From contig NW_008246069.1 of NCBI RefSeq assembly GCF_000281045.1, forward strand, positions 502,326 through 562,470: DNA of 60,145 bases, read 5' to 3'. Position 1 is the first letter of the stretch. Every line of letters begins with the position of its first letter. Origin of the DNA: Saprolegnia diclina VS20. Lineage: Eukaryota. Shown here piece by piece: positions 40,717 to 51,652 of the stretch. The notes under the pieces were generated by a model. The model saw nothing but the letters and a program-made list of their open reading frames with translations. It did not search any database and was not told the DNA's origin. The translations under genes were made by a program, and so were the position numbers.

Positions 40717-41215
40717 CGCATGGCATTGCCCTTCAATAGATATAGCACGTCGTAGCTCGACTCTCTCGATGGCGGAAGCCGCCTCGTAGCTAGCCCGTAC
40801 TAGGAAGAGCGTACAAAGGACAAACCTGGAGCTTCTTGGAGCGAGCTGGCGCCAGACAATCGAATGGCCGTAAGAACGAGTGACGCAACGACGCTGCGAC
40901 AGTGCCAGTGACTCTTTGGTATAGTTTAGCCAGCAGCCTGTTGCGGGACAGTGCGGTGCGGCATGCAGAGCATAGGGACCTCTTGTATAGCGCGACGCGT
41001 GTCCTATGCAGCGATGCCAACTGCAGCGAACGACGGCCCACGCGCTTGCGACCCGCTACAGCCTTCAAGCCTCTAAGATCGTCGCTCGCGCGACGGCAAC
41101 GTCCGACAGGCAACGAGACGCCCACGATATCTCGTGCGCACAAAAGGCTAGCTACATGCAGGTCCGAAGCCAAGCATAGCAGCAGACGAATGCATTCAAG
41201 GTGTGTCAATGGCGG

Positions 41216-41419
41216 TCACCGGCGGTTGATGCCGAGACGGGCTTCACGCTCGGCCTTGGCGCGCGCTACGTAGTGCTCTTCCGCCGAAGTTCCGGGCGGA
41301 GGCGAGCGCGCGGCCTCGGCTCGGCGGGCGCGGGCTTCGAGCAGCTTGTCGCGGTACGCTTCGTACTCGTCGGCCAAACCGTCCTTGACGTCGAGGCGCG
41401 TCGGCTCGCGGCGCAGCAT
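41216..41419 (-). CDS. CDC26: Anaphase-promoting complex subunit CDC26/APC12
   Basis: The N-terminus MLRREPTRLDV matches the CDC26 signature MLRRxPTRLEL. 67 aa. Confidence 0.8.
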   Translation of the reverse strand: MLRREPTRLDVKDGLADEYEAYRDKLLEARARRAEAARSPPPGTSAEEHYVARAKAEREARLGINRR

Positions 41420-41910
41420 TTTCTGTTATCCGGATGCGGTGCGTCATCCGGATAATGTGGATTTCGCCAGTCGCGCAAACACGCAGACGTTGGGATGCGT
41501 GGGCCGTCGAGCGCGCATGGATCTATGTGGTTGCAGGTAGAGACACGTCGGCAAGGGTAGAGCACCGCGGATCGACCGCATGAGCTGTCTGCTGTGGGAC
41601 CGTGCGTTGGGCGCGCCGACGTCATAGCCTTCTCGCTGGCTTCCTGACGCGTTTCATTGGTTGAAAAGCGCACGCTTCAACGATTGGGACACGCTCTATA
41701 CGACGTGTGATTGGGTGAAATCCAACGAATCACGAGGCGACGAAAACACTTTTTAAACGCAAGTGGCTTGGGATTTGTATGTACCATACAAACGACAAGT
41801 GTAATTTGAACCGGGAAAGGAACGCGGCTGAATATAAATACTTGGACACCCAAAGAGCGTCGCAGGAGCAACCAGAAGGGACGACATTAGCAGATTGGTT
41901 CAACATCATC

Positions 41911-44073
41911 ATGCAAATGGAGGAGCGGAAGGCCGCGACCGACGCGCCGTCGCCGGCTCATGCGAGCAGCAGCGGCAGCGGCAACTACTACCAAGGCTTG
42001 CACCCGTACCAGCAAGCGCAGCTCATGCGGCGACAGCCCTCGTGCCCGATCTGCGGGTCGCAGTCGCTGCCGCCCAACATGGTCCTCGAGCCGTGCCAGC
42101 ACCAGTTCCACTTCCACTGCGTCGAGGGCTACATCCAGAACGAAAAGACGTGTCCTGTCTGCCGAACGCCTATCCAGCGCCACCAAGGGATCAACCGATC
42201 CTTCCCGACGATGGCCACGCAGGGCGGCCATCCGCACGACTACCCGGTGCCACTCCACAACCAAGGCCAGAGCGCGATGCCATTGGGTCGCCAGTCGTAC
42301 GCGCCGCCACAGATGCATGCGATGCCTCCGACCAACGGCAGTAGCTACAACGGCCAGGCGCCGATTGGCCACTTCCCGAGCGCCAGTGTATACGAGCTGC
42401 CGCCCGAAGTCTTCTTGGACACATCGTACGAGCAGCAAGGATCGAATGCGCCCGGAAAGATGCGCAAGGGCAAGTGGACAGCCGAAGAAGCGCTGTACTG
42501 CGACCGCCTCATTGAAGAGTTCAAGCTCGGGAACTTGCCCCTGGCCGAGGGCACGACGCTGCGCACGTTCCTCTCCAAGCTCCTCAACTGCGACCCGATG
42601 CGGATATCGAAGAAGTACACGGGTAACCAGTGCATAGGCAAGGTACACCATCTTCGTCGTATCTGTCGCAGTGTCTTCATAATTGCGTAGATCATCTTTC
42701 GCAAAAAAGCCAAAGAGCCCTCCAAAGACGAAGTCGAGACGACGCGCAAGCAGCTCGCCGAGCTCGAGCGCGTGTACCTCGAGCGTGAACGTATGAACCA
42801 GCAGCGCCGCGAGAAGAGGCTTGAGACCGAGCTCACGCGGGACCGGGGCCGTCTGCTCACGACGCGACCGATCTACCACGGCATGCCCGGCCAGGCCCCG
42901 CCGTCAATGGGCCAAGGCCCACCACCTCCCATAGGCCAGGGCCCGCCACCGACAGCGCCACCTCCCGGGTACCATCACCACCCTGGCATGCAGCAGCACC
43001 ACCCGATGCAACAACACATGCAGCCGGCGTACCCGCACCACCATCACAGCAACAACAACAATAACAAGAGCAACGGAGCGAGCAAGCCAACCGGTCCGGA
43101 CGCCGAAAAGTCAAGTAGCCGCCACGTGAGCCCTCAACAGCACGACCCGAGCCCACGCCACACATCATCGCAGTCACCAGCGCACGTCAAGACGGAGCAG
43201 ACGACAACAGAGCACAAGGACAACGACGACGAAGACGCCAAGCACCACGTTGACACCATGCCGCGTGTCTCATCGATCGACAGCTTCTCGTCGCTCTTTC
43301 CGCGCATCGCGTCGCTCGACTGCTTCCAGGGCCTCCAGTCCATGTCGCGCAACCCGTCGTCCATGTCACTCTCCAACCATGGTGACGCAGGGATGTTTCG
43401 GTCGCCGTCGCTCGAGTGCTTCAACGGCATCCCGCGCGTCAACTCGCTCGAGCAATTTTCGAATTTCATTGCGAGCATGCCGCCGGCCGAAGCGTCGAGC
43501 AAAAAGGAGTCGCCGGTGGACCATCCATTTGCCGAGCCAACGCCAAAGGGCAAGCCGCCCATGTCGGGCATTGCCCGCGCCGCGTCGTCGGACAAGCTGC
43601 ACACGTCGATGACGTCATCAACAACAATGAGTCTCCCGCGCGTGCCATCGCTGGACAAGGCGCTCGACAAGATGCCGCGCGTCCCGTCCATGGACCGGCT
43701 CCACGGCAGCGGCATTCCGCGTGTGCCGTCGCTCGGCGGCCTTCCGCGCATCAACTCGACCGAGGCATTTCTGCAGCACATTCCGTCTCTGTCCAACTTG
43801 AGCGGCCTCATGCCGTCGTTTGGGTCCTTTGACAAGCTGAGCTCGCTCTCGAAGGAGTCCAAGCACCTGGCGATTCCACGCAACTCGTCGCTCGAGGACA
43901 TTTTGTCGCTGGTCGCGGCGTCGGCCGACCACGAAAATAACCCGCGCCTGCTCAAACGCAAGGCCGAGAGCAGTACCGAGCCGCTTCTCGGGGGTATCCA
44001 CAAGAGCAAGCTGCCCATGAACGCATCGGATGGTCCATCGACCAGCCTCTCGGAGAAGAAGCAGCGCCTGTAA
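41911..44073 (+). CDS. RING-H2 plus Myb-like putative transcription factor
   Basis: C3H2C3 RING (CPIC...CQHQFHFHC...CPVC) and the domain RKGKWTAEEALYCDRLIEEFKLG...LNCDPMRISKKY. One intron (42644-42690). Confidence 0.8.
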
Positions 44074-44333
44074 GAAATTTGAACCCTGTCTTGTTGTTGT
44101 GTGTTGCTGCTTGCGCGCTCTGTACTGTCGCTTCAATGGAGTTGAAATGTTGGTCTAGTGGTTTGTTGGTGTATCGCAGCGGCTGCCTCGGGGCTTGGTG
44201 GTGGTAATGGTGGCAAAGCTGGGACGGTTACCTGCAGCATTCACGTTGAATTGAGAGATTGAAACATTGATACAAAGCACAGGCGCAACTTGAGACATTG
44301 CAAGATATGAGGCATGTCAAAATGTTGTGGTGG

Positions 44334-46739
44334 TTAAGTCGGACGTGTCCAGGAGCTGTCGCCTGTGAGCGGGTTATAAAAGTAGATGACACCGTCGTCG
44401 CCCGTGCACTCGGTCCAGCTCGACGGCGGGAGGTCCCAGACGCTTTCGCCGGTCGTCGCATTGATATAGTAGACGGTCCCGTTCGCATCGGTTGCGAGCT
44501 CCCACGACGGCGCCGGCGTCTCGTGCCACTCGGGTGTTTCCCACTGCGTCGCACCCGTGATACGGTGCTGATAATAGAAGCGGCCGCTAGTCCCATCGGG
44601 CACCTTGGTCCAGTCACTGTACTTGTCAGGGTAGAGCAGCCGGCGCCGATGCCGGCGTTCGTCGGCGCGTTGCTGCTTGCGGGCGGCGAGCTTGGCGGCG
44701 AGCGCGTCGTCCATTTCCTTTTCAGCGATCGCGCGCCACGCGAGCCGGCGCTCGTTCTCCTCGGCGCGCATCTGGCGTCGCGCATTCGCCTCCGCCGCCC
44801 GCTCGCTAGCCACGCGCTGTGTTTCCAGCGCCCTGAGGTGCGACCGATGCAGCCGCGACAAGTGATCTTCGGCTCGCATTGCACGGTCTGCGGCCTGCTG
44901 CAGTTTGGTCTCGCGGAGCTGGCGGCGCAGCTGCCGGACGCGTTCTTCCTCGGCCACCAGCGGATCTTCTAGCGTTGCCTCTCGCAACGGCCGCCACCGG
45001 ACATCGGCGCGCGCCATGGACTCGCGCTCCCGGGCCTCGGCCTTTTCTTGCAAGAGACGCTGCACGCGGGACGCATTCTCCGCCGCGCGCGTGGCTTGCC
45101 ACTGCCGCAGCTCCTCCCGCTGGCGCTTCAGGCGACCGCGGCGCTCGGTCTCGGACTCGGGCGGCTTGTCTTCGGCCGCCATTAGCGGCATCTCCCGAGC
45201 AACGGCGGCGTCATCGGCCTCGTACTTCGCTCGGCGGATGCGATCGGCGTTGGCTGCGGCGTCGGTGCGTAGCTGCCGCCGCTTTTCCCGAACGACAACG
45301 GATGGCTGGGCCATGGCCCACGCCCGAAAGTCCACAAACGGGCTGAGACCGTCGCGCACCACGAGGTAGCTGGTCACGACGCTCTGCGCGACGTCTTCGG
45401 CGCGCCGGGCGACGGCAAGGATGTCGTGGGCTGGCAACCGCGGACAAGCACAGCTCGGCGCGCCAGACCGCCGCTTGTGAAGTGCCTTGTTGGCATGCAC
45501 TCTCTGCTTACTGGGACTGCACGGACGCAGCGGCGCCGTTGCTCGCTGGGCACAGAGACGGGACAAGAGCACGTGCGCGCGCGGCGCTGCTGGGAACGTT
45601 GGGTCGTGCAGTAGGCGTCGATGCAACATGTCGGTGGCAGCGCCCTGAGCGTGCAAGAGGGCAGCTGCCTGGTGGCGCACGACGCGGCCCAATTCTTCCT
45701 ACGTACAAAGGGCGATCCCAGTCATCTTCAAATCGCCTGCACGTACCGAAGGCACGTCAGCGAGGCCGTTGGCCGCCATGGCGCTCACAAACGAAAGACT
45801 TAGAAGTGTCGCAACCACACTCTGGCTGGGCTGCTGCACTACCGCCTGTAGCCAGCGCAGCTCGTCGGGTGGCACGTTTGGGGGGTTATTGCTCGAGGGC
45901 AGCGCCGCGGCCAGCACCAGTGCCTGCAACGCGCCGTCGTCCAGAAGCCGCCGCCGTTCAAAGCTATGCGACTTGGAGGTGATATTGCGCACGAGCACGA
46001 CCAACGTGCGTACGGCCAAGTGGTGCTGGAAGAGCGAGCTCTGCGCGATGAGAGAGGCTAGCGTGTCCTCGACGCCATCGGTCGTCGCGTGGTCTTCGCC
46101 CGCGCAAGCAAAAATCGACGGCGCCGGGGGCTGCGGTCGGCGCAAGAGACACTCGTCGACTTCGTCGCGCGGAATCGGCGACGATGCCAAGACGTAAGCC
46201 AATGACATAGGTCCCAGCGGTAGCAAAGCGTCGACATGGCCACGCGCGTGCAGGTCGAGGACGAGAGCGTGCATCGAATAGCGCAGCGCGTCGACAGCCA
46301 CCTCGAGGTGTAGCGGATGACACGGTGCACTGGCGACCTCAACGTGCTCGATCGCGCCCGCTAGTGAGAGGTGCACGCGCACAATGGCGTCGACAAGGCA
46401 GGGCACGAGGCCTTCGAGGACCAGCGTCGGCGCGAGTGTCGCGTCGCACGCAACGTAATAGAGTAGCAGTAGAGTCGTGGCCTTGAGCTCATTCGGAGCC
46501 AATTCCGCTTGCTTGAGCTGGGCGACAAGGAAGATGGCCCACGTGCGCCACTGCGACGGCCCTTGGTCGATCGCAGCTACGTTGTCGGCGACGGACGGGT
46601 ACGGCCGCCGGGCCATAGGATCGCGCAGCGGGGCGCAGAGCACGTGCAGCAGCCGGACAAGCTCGAGGCGGTCGGTGCTGTCGCCAGTTGGCAGCGGCGC
46701 CAGCCGCGTCGGACTTCGCCGCTTGTCCTGCTGTGTCAT
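44334..46739 (-). CDS. Helical/coiled-coil protein with three C-terminal WW domains
   Basis: WW motifs WTKV...YYQHRITGATQWETP, WELA...YYINATTGESVWDLP and WTEC...FYNPLTGDSSWTRP. The two ORFs join through a GT-AG intron near 45699-45746. Confidence 0.82.
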
Positions 46740-46827
46740 GGTGGTGTAACTGCCATTGCCTCGGATTGGCCCCAAGCGCACGCTATATCCGTATTCACTC
46801 TATTTCCCAGACCAAGATATCATCACG

Positions 46828-48742
46828 ATGAACGTGGCCGAGATCCACGCAGTGATGCTGGCAGCGAACGCGCCTCCGGCCAAGGACACGACGCTCAAAG
46901 GTACGAGCGCAGGCCCCCACGCAGCTCGTCTGACGCGGTCTGTGGCGCAGAGATCTTATGCGACTACGAGACGAAGCGCTACGACGAGCTGCAGTTTGGA
47001 CTCATCCAAGGCCAGACGCAAATGAACGGCCGGACGCTGCAGTTTGCGCCATCGTACGAAGATGGATACACGCGCAGCACGCAAGAAGCCTCCCGTGGAC
47101 GCATTCGCGCCGTCTTCCTCGTCGGTCTCTTGGTCTACGCCGGGCTCATGGGCCACAGCTGGTATCTGACACCGCCATCGACGCTGGTCCTCGCGCTCGA
47201 TGTGGGCGTTGCGCTCCTAGCCTTCGCCATCGGACTCGGTCTTACGTTTGCGCCATGCATCAACCTCGAGGGCGTCACATGCGGCGTCTTTTTCGTCGTT
47301 GCATCGGTGCTCATCGCCAAGAAGCCACTGCAACGGAGCCACGGCCCTGTCTTGCCTCTCATGCTGCTGCTCATCCCGATCTTTGGCCTCACACGCATGC
47401 GCTTCCTCACGAGCTGCGTCCTCGGCGTCGGTATCTTGTTGCTCTACATGGTCGTCCAGCTCTTTGCCAGCGTCTACGTCGATGGCGCCGACGCTGCCCG
47501 CGACGTCATGTACCAAGTCTTCAACTATGCGATCCGCGTCTTTGGCGGTATGGTGTCGCACTACCGCCAGGTATCTATCTATCCATCCATCTATCTATCC
47601 ATCTATCTGTGGACGCTCCTGCATCGTGTGTCCCGTAGGAAGTGCTACGGCGGCGCAACTACGCACTCGAGCTGCCTTTTCAGGGGCTTCTCGACGGCGA
47701 CGAGGCCATGCTTATCGTGTCCAGCGTCTCGACGTCGTCGCTCTGGCATCCGTGGAGCCTGAGCTTTGCGCACGCCGAGCTCGAAGCTGCGTTCTACCGG
47801 TTCTGGTACCTCCTCGACCCGTTCCCGTTCGAAAACGTGCACGACCCTGCGCTCCACCGCCGGGTGTTCGGCACCGTGCGCTACGCTCTTCTCAGCGTCC
47901 TCCTCGCGCAAGTGCTCTTAGCGATCCAAGACGTCAAGCTCCTACCGTCATCCATCCAAGATCTGGCATGGTGTACGCGGTTTGGCGTCGTCGTGCCCGC
48001 CTATCTCTTGATGGCCAGCGTGCTCTACGGCCTCAGCCACTCATTTGCTGCCCGCGCGTTGCCGTCACAGACTGCGCTCTCCGAAGAAGCGTCTCGCCTC
48101 ACGTACGCCGCGTACCTCAAGCAGTCGCTGCTCGACCACATCCTGCTCCATGCCCACGGCGGGTACGTCCGGTACGCGCAGTGGCTTGCAGGGCTTGTCG
48201 TGCTGCTGCACATTGCTGCCATGGCGACACTCGTGCTCCTTGTCTACTCGAACCCAGCGTCGCAGCGCTGGACCGACTTGTACTTCATGGGGCTCCTCAA
48301 CGCTCTCCTGTTCGTGCACCGGTCGGGCTTTCGCGTTAGGTTTGTCTATGCGTCGACGACGACAGCAATCGCGGGGGCGGTCTTCATTGGCGTCTCGGCG
48401 CTCTACTTGGAGCGAAACATATGGGTCCCATACGCGTGCTACTGCGGCGCGATCCTCCTGCTCGGCAGCGTCACCTCGTACGAAGAAGAGTCGCTCCGCC
48501 GGTCGTTCTTTGTGCTGCGCTCGCTGCGCACGAGCCAGTTTCGGCAATGGCGCGCGTCTGTCGTCAAGGTCCAGAGCTGGATGCGCCGCCGGTTGCGAAA
48601 GAAGCTGCAGAACCTCCGGCGACGCCACGCACCAACAAGCGCTCCGAATCCGACGGCCGATGGCACGTCGGCGCGACTCGCAACCGCGACGCGCGTCGGC
48701 GTCTACGGCCAAGTCGTTCAAGTGCTGGCCGAAGTGCTCTAG
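46828..48742 (+). CDS. Multipass membrane protein with two adenylyl-cyclase-like TM bundles and no catalytic domain
   Basis: Two hydrophobic clusters. Each is preceded by TLQF...YE / SLSF...ELEAAFY and ends in G.VSHYRQEVLRRRNY / GSVTSYEEESLRRSFF. Two introns. Confidence 0.7.
47572..47608. repeat. (TATC/CATC)n microsatellite in an intron
   Basis: tatctatctatccatccatctatctatccatctatct. Confidence 0.85.
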
Positions 48743-48828
48743 TCAAGAACGGGCGGCGCCCACAAACTTGCGGAAAGACGTACTAGTATATTGTACTATC
48801 AAGTTATCAAGTGAAGAGCACGATGCGG

Positions 48829-50609
48829 CTATTCCTGCTGGATGCACATGTGATTGCTGTTCCACGGCGGGCGCTTGGTCGTGTCGGGAATCTCGTCGCG
48901 CAGGAGCCGGACGTTCTGCGTCAAGTCCGGGGAGTTGCCGTCGCCGAGGTGGCAGATGCCAAACGCGTGGCAGTTGAGGAGGCGCGAGACGAGCACGGCG
49001 TTCTCCGAGCCGTTGAGCCCCGCGTCCTTGAGAAACATACTCGGCGGTGCCACGTGATACGCCGCGTCTTTCGACCAGCTACGAATACGACGAATAAGAA
49101 CATATTTACTACATGTGCACCGTCGTACGTGGTGAGGCTCTTGCGGTACTTGGACACGATCGGCGTCGCCAAGCTCGTACTAAGCTTCTCCTTCATACAG
49201 AGCACGCGGCGGAGGCGCTCTTGAAGAATGCGTCTACGCCATGTTGGTCGTTTCGTGTGGACCCTAATCCTCGTCCTACTGCTGCATGTCGTGAAACGAC
49301 ATGGCGCCGACACCGTTCCGGGGCACATGCTTGAACATGGCCTCGATGTCTGCGCGAGTGTACCGAGGAATCATCTTGAGGTGCTTGTCGGCTTGGCGCA
49401 AGACCTCTTCTTCCTAATGCCACTTGAGAACGGAAGCAAAACGCATGGCGTACTTCGTCCCGCGAGAGACCGACCATGCCGTACACGGACAGAATGTCTT
49501 CGCGCTCGATCGACTGCGACATGGTGTTGAGCTCGAGGTCCGTCACGACTAGGCGAAAATATCCGTTTCATATCAATCTTTCAAGCGCACCGTGCAGGCC
49601 TTTTTCGCCGCTGCGCAGGCGGGACTTGGCGTCGAGCGGACCGTACAGCGAAAACACAAAGAGACGCCCCGTCGAATTCGAGTGTTGTACTTGCGGCGGA
49701 AAGAGAAAGTCGAGCAGTGCATCGAGGCTCACCTATCCGGATACTTCGCATCGAATCCAACCTATCCAAGGATATCGCGTTGTACGGTGGCGCCAGACAC
49801 TGTCCACTCCTCGGTGATGGCGATCGAACTGTCCCGGCGCGCGACGGCGGTCGCTACAGAAGACGCAGACCCTGGTCGTGTCCTTCGGATAGATACAAGA
49901 TAGATCTTTTGCTCGTGTGTACCCATGAGAAAGTCGCGCTCGTCGTCGACGTTGAAGGCATACTTGCTGCAGCGAACGCCGATGCATCGCTGGTCCAGAC
50001 CAAACTGCGCGCGCAGCGTCGTCGCATGGGACGGCCACTGCGTCACGTCCGAGGGTCCGACGAGGTCTTGGAGGTCCTTGAGGGCATTGGGCTTATGCAG
50101 AACGAGTACGACAAGCGGGCCGCTGCCATTCGATGTCGATACGAGCCGGTGGCCGGGGTTCGAAGCGCGTACCTTGAAAGCGCCGCAATGGCGTCTTTGG
50201 CGTCTTCAGCATCGGTGGCGCCGTCGCTGGCGGCACGCGGTGTCGTCTTGCCGCCCTGCACATTCAACCGCGGGGAGGTTGCTTCTCTCGGGCTTCGGGG
50301 CGACGCGGCTTTGGAGCGCGCCGAGCCCAAGTCGCTGACGCGCGGCGTCATGGAGCTGCGGGCCGTGCCCCGGTGCGTCGGCTACATCACCCGTCATCCT
50401 TGCCAAAAGTCACATGACGCTTGTACCTTGCGCTGGGCAGGGTCGTCGCGGCAGTTGAGCCGCTCGTAGTAGAGCGCCGCCTTGTCCAAAGTGAGCTGGA
50501 GCACGGTTTGTTCGAGGATCTTGAAGCCTGCCTCTTGCAGCCGCTTGCGGATCGCCTCGTCCTTGGCAATGGCCTCGCGCTGGATCACAAACACGCTCTT
50601 GTCGGCCAT
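48829..50609 (-). CDS. NDK/NME-like protein lacking the catalytic His, with C-terminal extension
   Basis: SVFVIQREAIAKDEAIRKRLQEAGFKI, AALYY, LSSGPLVVLVL, LVGPSD and TLRAQFG...GVRCS. Multi-exon through to CIQQE*. Confidence 0.7.
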
Positions 50610-50676
50610 ACACGACGAATATGGAAATGCGTTTCAAGGCGATCTCGACAGCACGCAAGAGCAATATATATTTAGA

Positions 50677-51103
50677 TCACGACGCCATGGACCAACTCTG
50701 GCTCAACGTCGCCATGGCCCCTGTCCGGGGTCGATGATCGCCGGTCGGGCTCTTGTCGATGAATGTCCAGCCCAGGTCGTCGTCGGTCGCAGGTTTCTAT
50801 CGATTGCACAATAAGCTATCATTTCTGCATTGGCTAAGAACACAGTAGCACCTTGTTGGGCGAGATGGCGAAGGCGTGCGGTGCTCGCTTCTTGGCCGGC
50901 GACACGCGCTTCGTGGGCTCGCGCCACATGAGGCGTGGCACCAAGATGGTCTCGAGGTCCTCGTCACTGTCGACGCCGTCGCTCTCGTCGTCCGAGAAGT
51001 GCATGTGCTGCGTCGCCAGGGCGCGGAGCAGGTCCACGTCCAAGTCGCTCTTCCGGACGTCCATCGCATGCTGCTGCGGCAGCGACTTGGACAGGGCCTT
51101 CAT
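50677..51103 (-). CDS. Small acidic hypothetical protein
   Basis: ORF MKALSKS...ISPNK splices in phase 0 to KPATDDDLGWTFID...MAS*. Upstream are an INR-like GTCATTTG and the CCAAT box GATTGGCTGAAAA (51192-51204). Confidence 0.55.
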
Positions 51104-51652
51104 CGATGTTGCGCAAATGACCTTCTGCGATGGTGGCGTTCTGGCTCAAAACCGGTCCAATCACATGCGTTTCTGTCGCGACATCATTGACTTTTCAGCC
51201 AATCCGGTGGCGCGATCTTCCGGCCATTAAAATACACCCAAATAGCATACTATTTGTATGCAACATTGAAGGCAACCAATAAAAAATATCGGCGCCCAAG
51301 TTGAAGTTTCCATTCGAAATGTAGAAGGCCGTGCGGCCAATGAGGTGCGACGGCGGACGCTTCTTCGTCCCTCATGGCTGCGAGCGGCAGGCAAACCCGA
51401 CACGGTGCATGCATAGACCTGCCGTGCCTCCTTCGTAAGGGTTAAGATCGTAGAGGGTGCCCGGGCAAAGCTACTTGGGTTCCTCTTGGTGCAAATGGCG
51501 GTGTAAGGTAATACATACGGGTTTGCATGCGCATTCTCCGAGCTGGGAATCCCATTTGACGCGCGATCTGATAACACTTTCATGGCCCAAGAACTTATTG
51601 GTTTGTATACACAGGTTTCTTTGTTTCGGTTATTACATATCTACATACCTAT

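Noticed and set aside
41426..41455. Similarity to enterobacterial REP sequences
   Set aside because: A short coincidental match in eukaryotic DNA, better explained as a paired promoter motif.
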